A stretch of DNA of 64,000 bases from Candidatus Krumholzibacteriota bacterium (GTDB lineage Bacteria; Krumholzibacteriota; Krumholzibacteriia; LZORAL124-64-63): assembly GCA_022711765.1 (NCBI GenBank), contig JAKLEB010000001.1:1186-65185 (forward strand), in the 5' to 3' direction. The position numbers and the translations under genes are program-made. The notes under the pieces were generated by a model. That model saw nothing but the letters and a program-made list of their open reading frames with translations. It was not told where the DNA came from and made no database searches. Below, one piece after another: positions 10,939 to 20,457 of the stretch. How positions within the stretch are numbered: position 1 is the stretch's first letter; every line of letters starts with the position of its first letter.

Positions 10939-11181
10939 ATGGATCCGTTCCTCGGTTTTCTCGGCCCCATCGGCTGGCAGGAGCTCCTGATCATCCTGGC
11001 CTTGGTCCTGATCATCTTCGGCCCGCGTAAGCTGCCGGAGATTGCCGAGGCGTTCGGCAAGTCCATCAACAAGTTCAAGGCAGCGACCAGGGATGCCTCC
11101 GATGAGGTGAAGAAGGAGCTGAAGGATGCCCGCCGCGGGGTCGAGCAGGACGACGATCCCAAGCGGCCACGAGACTCCTAG
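10939..11181 (+). CDS. tatA: Twin-arginine translocase subunit TatA/E
   Basis: 80 aa: LGPIGWQELLIILALVLIIFGPRKLPEIAEAFGKSINKFK. This is the canonical TatA transmembrane helix, hinge and amphipathic helix. Confidence 0.9.
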   Translation: MDPFLGFLGPIGWQELLIILALVLIIFGPRKLPEIAEAFGKSINKFKAATRDASDEVKKELKDARRGVEQDDDPKRPRDS

Positions 11182-11196
11182 CCCGCTCGCACCTCG

Positions 11197-13515
11197 GTGG
11201 CGCCCCGGTCGACGCCGGAGGCCGCCGTGAACCTAGCCCAGCTGCTGAGCCGACTGCGCGCCGACCCGGCGTTCTTGCGCAACGTCACGCGCTGGGAAGT
11301 CATCCCGCCGGCGCCGGCACGCCATGGCGACTGGCCGGCGGCGCTCGATCCACGGCTGGTCGCGGCGATGCGGGCCCGCGGCTGCGAGCGGCTGTACAGC
11401 CACCAGGCTGCCGCCGTCGACCAGATCCTCGCCGGTCGGTCGGTCGTGGTGGAGACGCCCACGGCGTCCGGCAAGACGCTCTGCTACAACCTCCCCGTCT
11501 TCGACGCCCTGCTGAAGAATCCCGAGACGCGGGCGCTCTATCTCTTCCCGACCAAGGCCCTCAGCCAGGACCAGATGCACGAGGCGCTCGAGGTCGTGCG
11601 CGCGCTCGGGGTCGACCTCAAGGTCCACACGTTCGACGGCGACACGCCGGAGAACGCGCGGCGGGCGATTCGCGCGAGCGGGCACATCGTGGTGACGAAT
11701 CCGGACATGCTGCACCAGGGCATCCTGCCGCACCATACGCTCTGGGTGAAGCTCTTCGAGAACCTGCGCTACGTGGTCGTCGACGAGGTTCACCAGTACC
11801 GCGGCGTCTTCGGCAGCCACGTGGCGAACGTGCTGCGCCGCCTCAAGCGTATCGCGGCGTTCTACGGGGCCCGCCCGCAGTTCATCTGCTGCTCGGCGAC
11901 GATCGCCAACCCGCGGGAACTGGCCGGTCAACTCACCGGCGAACCGCTTGTCGAGATCGCCGACAACGGCGCGCCGCGGGGAGAGAAGCACTTCATCTTC
12001 TACAACCCGCCCGTCGTCAACGCGGAGCTCGGCATCCGTCGCTCCTCGGTCAAGGAGACGCGCGCCATCGCCGAGCGATTCCTGGCGGCGGGAGCGCAGA
12101 CCATCGTCTTTGCGCGCAGCCGCATCCGCGTCGAGCTGCTGTTGACCTACCTCGAACAGGCCGGCCGCAAGGTGGGGATCCGGCAGGGCGAGGTGCGGGG
12201 CTACCGGGGCGGCTACCTGCCGACCGAGCGCCGCGCCATCGAGCAGGGGCTGCGCGACGGGTCGGTCCGGGCCGTGGTCTCGACGAACGCGCTCGAGCTC
12301 GGCATCGACATCGGGCGTCTGGACGCGTGCATCATGTGCGGGTACGCCGGCACGGTGGCGTCGACGTGGCAGCAGGCCGGCAGGGCGGGACGCCGCCACG
12401 GGCTGTCGGCGGTGGTCCTGGTCGGCACCAGCTCGCCGGCCGACCAGTACATCCTCGGCAATCCGGATTACTTCCTCGGCCGTTCCCCGGAGCACGGCAC
12501 GATCGATCCCGAAAACCTGATCATCCTGATGAGCCACCTCAAGTGCGCAGCGTTCGAGCTGCCGTTCCGCGCGGAGGAGGAGTTCGGCGAGCGGCGAGTG
12601 GCCGAGATCCTCGACTACCTCGTGGACGAGCGCGTGCTGCACCGCGCCGAGGGGCGTTACCACTGGATGGCGGACACCTATCCCGCCGAGGACGTGAGCC
12701 TGCGGGCGGCCGCGCCGGACAATGTCGTCATCGTCGACCACTCGGTGCCGGCCGGCCGGGTCATCGGCGAGATGGATCTCTTCAGCGCCCAGGAGATGCT
12801 GCACGACGAGGCGATCTACATCCACGGCGCCCAGCAGTACCACGTCGACAAGCTCGACTGGGACCGGCGCAAGGCCTACGTGCAGCCGGTCCGGGTCGAT
12901 TACTACACGGATGCGCAGCGCAAGGTCGAGCTCAAGACGCTCGAGGCCGAGGAGCACCGGCCGGACACGGTCCTCGGCGAGCTGGGCACGGGCGAGATCG
13001 GCCTCGTCGACAAGGTCACGGTCTACAAGAAGATCAAGCTGGGATCCCACGAGAACGTGGGGGCTGGCCGGGTCAACCTGCCGGAGATGGAGATGCACAC
13101 GACGAGCTTCTGGTGGCAGCTCCCCGCCACGGTGGCCGCGGAGATGGCCGCGGACGGGGTCGACCTCGGCGACGCCCTGAAGGGGCTGGCGCACCTGCTG
13201 GGGACGGTGGCGCCGGTCTTCGTGATGGCCGACGTCCGCGACCTCCATGCGCAAGCCATGCTGCGTGCGCCGTTCACCGACGCCCCGACGCTGTACCTCT
13301 ACGACTCGGTCCCGGGCGGCGTCGGATTCGCGCGGCGCATCTTCCAGCAGTGGGAGGAGATCCGGCTCGCGGCGCTCGCGCACGTGCGACGCTGTCCGTG
13401 CCATCGCGGCTGCCCGTCGTGCGTGGGAGCGGTCGTCGAATCCGGTGATCGCGCCAAGGCCGGCGCGGCCTGGCTGCTGGCGCGCGCCGCCGGTCTGCGC
13501 GCGGCGGTCGACTGA
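11197..13515 (+). CDS. DEAD/DEAH-box helicase with C-terminal DUF1998 zinc-binding domain (MrfA/YprA-like)
   Basis: 772 aa. Walker A TPTASGKT, DExH box VVDEVHQY and a helicase C domain are present. The C-terminal Cys4 cluster CPCHRGCPSC is typical of DUF1998. Confidence 0.8.
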   Translation: MAPRSTPEAAVNLAQLLSRLRADPAFLRNVTRWEVIPPAPARHGDWPAALDPRLVAAMRARGCERLYSHQAAAVDQILAGRSVVVETPTASGKTLCYNLPVFDALLKNPETRALYLFPTKALSQDQMHEALEVVRALGVDLKVHTFDGDTPENARRAIRASGHIVVTNPDMLHQGILPHHTLWVKLFENLRYVVVDEVHQYRGVFGSHVANVLRRLKRIAAFYGARPQFICCSATIANPRELAGQLTGEPLVEIADNGAPRGEKHFIFYNPPVVNAELGIRRSSVKETRAIAERFLAAGAQTIVFARSRIRVELLLTYLEQAGRKVGIRQGEVRGYRGGYLPTERRAIEQGLRDGSVRAVVSTNALELGIDIGRLDACIMCGYAGTVASTWQQAGRAGRRHGLSAVVLVGTSSPADQYILGNPDYFLGRSPEHGTIDPENLIILMSHLKCAAFELPFRAEEEFGERRVAEILDYLVDERVLHRAEGRYHWMADTYPAEDVSLRAAAPDNVVIVDHSVPAGRVIGEMDLFSAQEMLHDEAIYIHGAQQYHVDKLDWDRRKAYVQPVRVDYYTDAQRKVELKTLEAEEHRPDTVLGELGTGEIGLVDKVTVYKKIKLGSHENVGAGRVNLPEMEMHTTSFWWQLPATVAAEMAADGVDLGDALKGLAHLLGTVAPVFVMADVRDLHAQAMLRAPFTDAPTLYLYDSVPGGVGFARRIFQQWEEIRLAALAHVRRCPCHRGCPSCVGAVVESGDRAKAGAAWLLARAAGLRAAVD

Positions 13516-13529
13516 ACGGGAGGGCTCAC

Positions 13530-14732
13530 GTGGATCTCCGCAAACGGCTCGCCCGCCTGGACCAGCTGACCCGTGCGCCTGCGCCGGAGCCGCAGCGACC
13601 CGGCCCGGCGGCCGTTCGCGGCGGCGCCGCGCCCGACCGCGACCTGACGGCGGTCTTGCGCGACGACCTCGGCCTCGAGACCCGCGAGACCGGCGCGGGC
13701 CTGCTCTGGCTGCGCGAGGACGTCCGGCCGTCCCTGCGGGTGCCGGCGGTCCCGTTGCCGAGCCTGGCCGGGATCCTGTCCGCCGGCGCGCGCGGGGCGC
13801 GCGACCTCGCCTGGGAGGATCTGCTCTTCCTCGACACCGAGACCACCGGGCTCGCGGGCGGGACCGGGACCTTGCCGTTCCTGATCGGCCTGGGCTGGTG
13901 GCGGGACGGCTGCTTCACGACGCAGCAGCTCTTCCTGACCGGACCCGGCCGCGAGGGCCCGCTGCTGGCGGCGCTGGCGGAGCAGGCGGACCGCTTCGGG
14001 GCCGTCGTCACCTACAACGGCGCCGCCTTCGACCTGCCGTTGCTGCGGACCCGCGCCAGGCTCGCCCGTCGGGACGATCCTTGCGCGGGTCTCCCTTCGT
14101 GGGACCTGCTGCCTGCCGCGCGGCGACTGTGGGGACGCGGACTGCCGGACTGTCGCCAGCAGACCGTCGAGCGCTCGATCTGCGGCCGGATGCGCGGCGG
14201 GGACGACATCGAGGGAGCCCTGATCCCACCGGTCTACCTCGCGTACGTGCGCGACGGCACGGCGGGGTTGCTGCCCTCGGTGCTGCGTCACAACCGCCGC
14301 GACGTCGACGGCATGGCCCTCATGCTCGCGGCGATGGCCGGCGAGGTTGCCGCCATCGCCCGCGGACCGGCCGGCGCGGGCGACGCCTGGGCCACGGCGT
14401 GGAGTCGCGCGCTGGTCTGCGAACGGCGCCGCGAGCGGGCGCTCGCGGCGTCCTGGGCGCGCTGCCTCGGCGACGCCGCCGCGGCCGACCTGCCCCTCGC
14501 CGGTCTGCTCGACGCCGTGCGGCTGCTCAAGCGGGTCGCCGACTGGCGGGCGGTGGAGAGCCTGGTCCAGCGGGGGCTCGCCCGGTGGCCGCAGGACGTG
14601 CGCCTCAACTACGAAGCAGCGGTCCTGTACGAGCATCGCCTCGGCGATCCGCAGCGTGCTCTGCTCCACGCGACGGTGCTGCAGGATCGTGGGCGCCAGG
14701 CCAGGCTCCGCGCCCGCCTGGGCGCGACGTGA
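13530..14732 (+). CDS. DnaQ-like 3'-5' exonuclease (MrfB/YprB-like) with C-terminal TPR-like region
   Basis: 400 aa. The RNase-H-like exonuclease motif LFLDTETTGL is present. It lies 15 nt downstream of the helicase on the same strand. Confidence 0.7.
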   Translation: MDLRKRLARLDQLTRAPAPEPQRPGPAAVRGGAAPDRDLTAVLRDDLGLETRETGAGLLWLREDVRPSLRVPAVPLPSLAGILSAGARGARDLAWEDLLFLDTETTGLAGGTGTLPFLIGLGWWRDGCFTTQQLFLTGPGREGPLLAALAEQADRFGAVVTYNGAAFDLPLLRTRARLARRDDPCAGLPSWDLLPAARRLWGRGLPDCRQQTVERSICGRMRGGDDIEGALIPPVYLAYVRDGTAGLLPSVLRHNRRDVDGMALMLAAMAGEVAAIARGPAGAGDAWATAWSRALVCERRRERALAASWARCLGDAAAADLPLAGLLDAVRLLKRVADWRAVESLVQRGLARWPQDVRLNYEAAVLYEHRLGDPQRALLHATVLQDRGRQARLRARLGAT

Positions 14733-14802
14733 GCCGGCGGTTGTCGCGGGACGCGCCGTGGGCTACCATCGATCCGAGACCCCCGAGGTTCCGGGAGGGA
14801 CC

Positions 14803-15231
14803 ATGGCCGACCTCGACCGTCGCGATGCTCAACTCATCCTGGCCGCCATCCGGGTGCTCGCGCACCGCCTCGAGCGGTCGCCGCGGCCCGACGAGGTGGC
14901 AGAACTGCTGGCGTTGCCGGAGGCCACGATCCGCATCCGAGCGGCGTCGCTCCAGGACCTGGGCGCCGTGAAGCTGGTCGAGAGCGCGTTCGAGACCCAC
15001 CTGGAGGTCGGCGACCATCTCCGGGTGGAAGACCTGCCGGAGATCCGGGAGGAGGCGCTGGCGGGAGACCTCGCGGATTTCGACCGGCGCAAGCAGGCCG
15101 AGGCCGAGAAGATGGCGCGCCTCTTCGAGGACGGGACCTTCGAGGAGAAGCGGCGCGAGAAGCTCACGCAGATGGACCGGGATCTGCGCGCGTTTCCCAA
15201 GAAGCCGCGCAACCCGTTCGGCGACGACTGA
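14803..15231 (+). CDS. Hypothetical coiled-coil protein
   Basis: 142 aa from an ATG preceded by GGGAGGGA, highly charged and helical (DFDRRKQAEAEKMARLFEDGTFEEKRREK). No family recognised. Confidence 0.45.
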   Translation: MADLDRRDAQLILAAIRVLAHRLERSPRPDEVAELLALPEATIRIRAASLQDLGAVKLVESAFETHLEVGDHLRVEDLPEIREEALAGDLADFDRRKQAEAEKMARLFEDGTFEEKRREKLTQMDRDLRAFPKKPRNPFGDD

Positions 15232-15261
15232 GCGGCGGCGCGGGATCCCCGCCGGCGCCGC

Positions 15262-17076
15262 TCAGGCTCCCGCGAGCACGTCGTCCCTCCAGTCCTCGAT
15301 TTCCGCCTCGGCGATCCGCGCCTGGAACCATGCCTCGAGCGCCTGGCTCTGCTTGCGTTGCAGCAACGCCTGCCGGTACTGCGGGCGGTTCGCGGCGTAG
15401 TCCGCCTCGTCGAACTCCGCTTGCCACAGGATCCGGAGCGCGAACACGCCGCGGCTGGTCGCGACCTCGGGGACGAGTTCCCCCACCTTCGCCTCGAGAG
15501 CGACGAGGTTGAACGCCGTGGCGTAGCCGGCCTCGGGGACGTTGCTCGTCGCCATGAGGGTGTCGGAGACCGCGTGCAGCAAGCCCAGGTCGGCGGCGAC
15601 CGCCGCCATCTCCTCGCCCGCGCGCACCCTGGCCACGGCCGGCGCGAGCCGGGCGCTCGCCTCCTCCTTCTGGCGCTCGCGCTTGAGCGCGAGGACGACC
15701 TGGCTGCGGACCGCCTCGAGCGGCTGCGGACCGGCCGGCTCGACGCCTTCGGCCAGGACCACGTAGACCTGTTCGTCCGTGTAGTAGAGAGGACTGATGT
15801 CGCCGGCCGCTGCCCGGAACACGAAGCGGCTTCCCGCGCCCGATTGCTGCAGTCCGGTGAGGTCGCGGCCCTCGCCGACCGACTGGGGGCTGAGCAGGGT
15901 GCAGCTCGTGTCCGCTTCCGCGAGGGTCACGAAGTTCTCGGCGGTCGCCCGTTCGCGAAAGGCGGCTGCGCGCTCGTAGACATCCTCCCGCGAGGCCTCG
16001 CCGGGCGAGACCCGCAACAGGATGTGTCGCGCACGGACCCTGGCGACGGCGCCGTCGGCGAACTCCTGCTCGAGGACCTCGATCAGGTGGAAGCCGAACG
16101 GCGTCTGCACGGGCTCGCTGAGTTGTCCGACGGGCAGGCTGAACGCGGCCTCGGAAAACGGCGCGACCATCCGATTGCGGTCGATGAACCCCAGATCGCC
16201 GCCGTTGCTGGCCGATCCGTCCTCGCTGTAGATCGCGGCTGCTTCCACGAAGGTCTTGGCGCCCGAGGCGATCTCGTCGCGGATCTCGAGCACGAGCGCG
16301 CGGACCTCGGCGAAGTCGGCCGCCGAGGGTTCGATGTCCCAGACCGCGACCTTGGCCCGGCCGCGGGCCGTCTGCCGGTACTCGCCGGCGTGCGCCGCGT
16401 AGTAAGCTTGCACCGCCGCGTCGTCGGGCTCGTAGCTGGCCGCGAGTTCGGGCAGCGCGAGGCCCATGTATTCGACCACTCCGCGACCGGTCTGCTGCCG
16501 GTAGAGCTCGCGGATCTCCATCTCGTTCACGGTGACGCCCGCGGTGACCAGCTGGGCCAGCTTCTGCCGCGGCACGCTCTGCCGGACCCAGGCCTCGACC
16601 TGGGGCCAGTTGATCCCGACATCCTGGCGCCCCAGCGCCGCGTAGTAGGCTTCGAGATCGGGCTGGCCGGTCGAGTCGGCGAAGGCGGCGAGCACCTCGG
16701 GCGGCGGGGTCTCGCGGAAGATCCGCAGGATCTCCTCGTCGCTCACCCGGAGCCCGAGTCTGCGGACCTCGGCGAGCATGATCTGCTCGCGGACGAGCTG
16801 ATCCCACGCCTGGTCGCGCACCATGGCGGTCTGGTTGGCCGTCAGGACCCGATCCGGATTGTTCCGCCGCATCCCGGCCTGGAGTTCCTGGACGGTTCGC
16901 TCGTAGGCGAGGGTCGAGATCTTCTCGCCGTCGACCGAGCCGATGGTATCGCCGCGCTGCGGGCCGGACCGGCTGCCGGCGACGTCCATGCCCCAGGCTA
17001 CGAAGATGAAGGCGATGAACGTCGCGGCGATGATCCAGTAGAAGAATTTCGCGTTGGAGCGGAGGAATTTGAACAT
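15262..17076 (-). CDS. ppiD: Periplasmic chaperone / peptidyl-prolyl cis-trans isomerase PpiD
   Basis: 604 aa on the minus strand. N-terminal membrane anchor FFYWIIAATFIAFIFVAWG. A SurA-N-like domain is followed by a PPIC-type rotamase segment (GDLGFIDRNRMVAPFSEAAFSLPVGQLSEPVQTPFGFHLIEV). Confidence 0.85.
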   Translation of the reverse strand: MFKFLRSNAKFFYWIIAATFIAFIFVAWGMDVAGSRSGPQRGDTIGSVDGEKISTLAYERTVQELQAGMRRNNPDRVLTANQTAMVRDQAWDQLVREQIMLAEVRRLGLRVSDEEILRIFRETPPPEVLAAFADSTGQPDLEAYYAALGRQDVGINWPQVEAWVRQSVPRQKLAQLVTAGVTVNEMEIRELYRQQTGRGVVEYMGLALPELAASYEPDDAAVQAYYAAHAGEYRQTARGRAKVAVWDIEPSAADFAEVRALVLEIRDEIASGAKTFVEAAAIYSEDGSASNGGDLGFIDRNRMVAPFSEAAFSLPVGQLSEPVQTPFGFHLIEVLEQEFADGAVARVRARHILLRVSPGEASREDVYERAAAFRERATAENFVTLAEADTSCTLLSPQSVGEGRDLTGLQQSGAGSRFVFRAAAGDISPLYYTDEQVYVVLAEGVEPAGPQPLEAVRSQVVLALKRERQKEEASARLAPAVARVRAGEEMAAVAADLGLLHAVSDTLMATSNVPEAGYATAFNLVALEAKVGELVPEVATSRGVFALRILWQAEFDEADYAANRPQYRQALLQRKQSQALEAWFQARIAEAEIEDWRDDVLAGA

Positions 17077-17331
17077 CGTCGGAAACTCCCGAGACTGCGC
17101 CGCGTCAGGCGGCAGTCAGGCGGCAGATCGTCCGGCTTTGGCCGGCGCAAAACGACCCGAACGGCGGCCTGAGCCGATCCGGCCGGGAAATCCGGGACGC
17201 GCAGCGGTGCCCTCAAGATAACATCGCGTGGCCGGATTTCTCAAGTCCCGGCTTGCGCCGGCTGCGGCGGCGGGCGAATCCGTGTAGATTGCGGGGCGTT
17301 CTGACCGTTCCCTCGCCCCCCATCCCAAAGG

Positions 17332-18741
17332 ATGCCGTCCATGAGCCGACCGAAATCCATCGACCATACCCGCACCTACGCCGACGGCGTGATTGCCGCC
17401 GAGCCCGAGCGTCAGGCCCTGTTTCGCCGCATGGAGAACGATGGCGTCAAGTTCCTGCGGCTGATCTTCACGGACATCCTCGGCGCCAGCAAGAACGTGG
17501 AGGTGCCCGCCAGCCAGTTCGAGAAGGCCCTGCGCGGCGAGATCATGTTCGATGGATCGTCGATCGAGGGCTTCAGCCGCATCGAGGAATCCGACATGCT
17601 CCTGGTGCCGGACCTCGAGACCTACGCCGTGTTCCCGTTCCAGTATGATGGGGCCGTCCGCGTCGGCCGGATCATCTGCGATTGCTACACCGCCAGCCAC
17701 GAGCCGTTCGCCGGGTGCCCGCGGCTGGCGCTCAAGCGCACCCTGCGGGCGTACGACGCCCTGGGCCTGCAGCCGGTCTGCGGCCCCGAGCTCGAGTTCT
17801 TCCTGTTCCAGCTCCGCGAGAACGGCGATCCGAGCGTCGTGACCCACGACCGGGGCGGCTACTTCGACCTGGCGCCGGTCGATCGCGGTGAGGCGGCGCG
17901 CCGGCAGATGGTCCTGCACCTCGAGGGGATGGGATTCGAGATCGAGGCGGCTCACCACGAGGTCGCGCCGGGCCAGCACGAGATCGACTTCAAGTACGCC
18001 GAGGCGCTCGCGACCGCCGACCGGGTGATCACCTTCAAGCAGCTCGTCAAGAAGGTCGCGGTCGATCACGGGCTGCACGCGACCTTCATGCCGAAGCCGC
18101 TGGCCGGGGTCAACGGCTCGGGCATGCACGTGCACCAGTCGCTGTTTCGCCGGGACGGCGACCAGCTGGTCAACGTGTTCCACGATCCGAAGGCCGAGAA
18201 CGAGCTGAGCGACCTGATGCGCTGGTACATCGGCGGCATCCTCAAGCATGCCCCGGCGTTCGTGGCCATCACGAATCCGCTGGTCAACAGCTACAAGCGG
18301 CTCGTTCCGGGCTACGAGGCGCCCGTGAACATCGCCTGGTCGGACCACAACCGGTCTCCGCTGGTCCGCGTGCCGGCAAGACGCGGGTCCGGCACCCGCT
18401 GCGAGGTCCGCGTGCCCGATCCCAGCTGCAACCCGTATCTGGCGTTCCTGGTGATGCTGCAGTCGGGTCTCGACGGGATCCGCAACAAGCTCGATCCCGG
18501 ACCGGCCGTGAATCTGAACATCTTCCACCTGAACGAGCTCGAGAAGCAGGAGCGGGGCATCAAGCAGCTGCCCGGCGATCTGTGGGCTTCGCTGCAGGAG
18601 CTGCGCAGCGACGAGATCTTGCGGGAGGCCCTGGGCGAGCACATCTTCGACAACTACCTGCGGGCCAAGGAAACCACCTGGCGCGAGTACGCTGCGCAGG
18701 TCCACCCGTGGGAGTTGGAGCGTTACCTGGCGACGTACTAG
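17332..18741 (+). CDS. glnA: Glutamine synthetase type I
   Basis: 469 aa, with FLRLIFTDILGASKNVEVP, the GS signature region and the C-terminal ...ELEKQERGIKQLPGDLWASL. Confidence 0.9.
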   Translation: MPSMSRPKSIDHTRTYADGVIAAEPERQALFRRMENDGVKFLRLIFTDILGASKNVEVPASQFEKALRGEIMFDGSSIEGFSRIEESDMLLVPDLETYAVFPFQYDGAVRVGRIICDCYTASHEPFAGCPRLALKRTLRAYDALGLQPVCGPELEFFLFQLRENGDPSVVTHDRGGYFDLAPVDRGEAARRQMVLHLEGMGFEIEAAHHEVAPGQHEIDFKYAEALATADRVITFKQLVKKVAVDHGLHATFMPKPLAGVNGSGMHVHQSLFRRDGDQLVNVFHDPKAENELSDLMRWYIGGILKHAPAFVAITNPLVNSYKRLVPGYEAPVNIAWSDHNRSPLVRVPARRGSGTRCEVRVPDPSCNPYLAFLVMLQSGLDGIRNKLDPGPAVNLNIFHLNELEKQERGIKQLPGDLWASLQELRSDEILREALGEHIFDNYLRAKETTWREYAAQVHPWELERYLATY

Positions 18742-18773
18742 CGACCCGCAAGCGGCGAGAGCCGGATGGGGAC

Positions 18774-19193
18774 ATGTTGACCGCGGGCGTCCTGGCGATC
18801 CTCAGCGGGCTCACCGCGCAGGCGTTGAAGGTCCTGCTCGAGCTGCTCGTGCATCGGTCCTGGCAGCCCCGGCTGTTCGTGCGCAACGGGGGCATGCCGT
18901 CGTCGCATACCGCGTCGGTCGTGACGCTCGCCATCCTGGTCGGCCAGGAAGCGGGAGTGCGATCGCCGGTGTTCAGCCTCGTGGTGGTCTTCGGGCTCTA
19001 CGTGATCTTCGAGGCGACGGGGCTGCGGCAGGAGGTTGGCGAACAGGCTCGCCTCCTGAACGACCTCGTCGAGACCATGCGCCGGACCCATCACCTGGCT
19101 GCGCAGGACCTCCGGGAATTCGTGGGGCACACCTGGGCCGAGGTGGCGGTGGGCGCGGTCTGCGGGACCCTGTTCGCGGTGCCGTTCCTCTGA
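18774..19193 (+). CDS. DUF212 / divergent PAP2 (acid phosphatase/vanadium haloperoxidase-related) membrane protein
   Basis: 139 aa from the ATG at 18774, with GMPSSHTASVVTLAILVG and multiple transmembrane helices (YuiD-like). Confidence 0.7.
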   Translation: MLTAGVLAILSGLTAQALKVLLELLVHRSWQPRLFVRNGGMPSSHTASVVTLAILVGQEAGVRSPVFSLVVVFGLYVIFEATGLRQEVGEQARLLNDLVETMRRTHHLAAQDLREFVGHTWAEVAVGAVCGTLFAVPFL

Positions 19194-19379
19194 AATGTAC
19201 CGGATCGTAATACTCCAGTAAAGATCCCATTATCTCTTGACAGACCGTTCTTAATCCGTCGAATCTCGCCCCGATACGCGCGGGATCCTGTCCCCCGCAA
19301 GCCACGGACTGCCGGGATCCAGGGATGGACAAGGGCATCCGGGTCGACACCGCTGCCGGCTTCATGACGAAAGGATTTC

Positions 19380-20456
19380 GTGATGAGAGTCATCGCCCTG
19401 GTCAACCAGAAGGGCGGCTGCGGCAAAACCACCACCGCCGTCAACCTAGCGGCCGCGCTCACGAGGATCGGCCAACGAGTCCTGCTCGTCGACAACGATC
19501 CTCAAGGCCACGCCAGCCTCGCGCTCGGCCTCACCGAACGCGATTTCACCCTGTCGACCTTCGACCTCTACCTCACCACCGACATCCTCGTCGAAGACGC
19601 GCGCGTCGAGATCGGGCCCCGATTGCATCTGGTTCCCGCGGGCGTCGAGCTCACCGCGGTCGAGCCGAAGCTCGCGGGCGTCGACGGACACGAGAAGCGG
19701 TTGCGCGACAATTTCCTGCGATCCGAGCTGCCCTACGACGTCATCCTGATCGACTGCCCGCCCGCCGTCGGACTTCTGACCCTCAATGCGCTGCTCGCGA
19801 GCGGCGAAGCGCTGGTGCCGCTCGACGCGAGCGCCTTCAGCCGCCAGGCGGTCGCCAAGCTGTACGAGACCCTGGCCGTCGTCCGCGATCGGCGTGGCCA
19901 CGAGGTCGTGCCGCGCCTGCTCCTGGCCAATTACGACCTGCGGTCCCGGTTCGCCCGCGACCTGCGGCAGGAGCTGGGGGCGGCGTACGACGGGGCCTTG
20001 CTCGAGACGATCGTCCACCCGACCATCCGCCTGCGCGAGGCGGCGGCGGCCGGGCGATCGATCCTCGACCACGACCCGGGTTCGCGCGCGGCGAGAGATT
20101 ACCAGGACCTGGCCCGCGAGATCGCCGGGCAGGCGGTGGACCTGTCCGTGTCGGCCCTCGACCACTGGACGGCGCTGCTGCACGGGCCGGAGGCGACGCC
20201 CGAGGGCGTGCATTTCGTCGTCGATCTCCCGCGGGCCCGAGACGTGCGGCTCACCGGTTCCTTCTGCGGCTGGTCTCGCGAAGGGCTGCCGCTCAGGCGC
20301 CGCCAGGACGGGCGGTGGGAATGCGTGGTCGAGATCGGCCCGGGCGCGCACGAGTACCGCTACATCGTGGACGGGACCTGGTTGCCCGACCCGCACAACG
20401 CCAACAACGTGACCAACGAGTTCGGCGGCGCCAACAGTCTGGTCACGGTGGCCTGA
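19380..20456 (+). CDS. ParA/MinD-family ATPase fused to a C-terminal AMPK-beta glycogen-binding (CBM48) domain
   Basis: 358 aa. Deviant Walker A NQKGGCGKTTTAVNLAAAL; ParA fold to about residue 260. The C-terminal 80 aa (VRLTGSFCGWSREGLPLRR...GAHEYRYIVDGTWLPDPHNANNVTNEFGGANSLVTV) match the AMPK1_CBM / CBM48 pattern closely. An AAAGGA ribosome-binding site precedes the start. Confidence 0.8.
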   Translation: MMRVIALVNQKGGCGKTTTAVNLAAALTRIGQRVLLVDNDPQGHASLALGLTERDFTLSTFDLYLTTDILVEDARVEIGPRLHLVPAGVELTAVEPKLAGVDGHEKRLRDNFLRSELPYDVILIDCPPAVGLLTLNALLASGEALVPLDASAFSRQAVAKLYETLAVVRDRRGHEVVPRLLLANYDLRSRFARDLRQELGAAYDGALLETIVHPTIRLREAAAAGRSILDHDPGSRAARDYQDLAREIAGQAVDLSVSALDHWTALLHGPEATPEGVHFVVDLPRARDVRLTGSFCGWSREGLPLRRRQDGRWECVVEIGPGAHEYRYIVDGTWLPDPHNANNVTNEFGGANSLVTVA

Positions 20457-20457
20457 C

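Noticed and set aside
15358-17172. 604-aa + strand ORF opposite ppiD
   Set aside because: ppiD on the minus strand shows a clear transmembrane anchor, SurA-N and rotamase domains. The + strand frame is a compositional artefact.
17077-17331. Sigma-54/NtrC-type promoter upstream of glnA, and the short direct repeat GTCAGGCGGCA x2 at about 17103..17125
   Set aside because: No convincing TGGCAC-N5-TTGCW element or NtrC palindrome could be identified by eye. The short direct repeat is only two copies and of uncertain meaning.
19194-19379. Strong sigma70 promoter for the ParA-CBM48 gene, suggested by TTGACA at about 19239
   Set aside because: The TTGACA has no acceptable -10 hexamer at 16-18 nt spacing (CGAATC). 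The region is AT-enriched and probably contains a promoter, but it cannot be pinned down from sequence alone.
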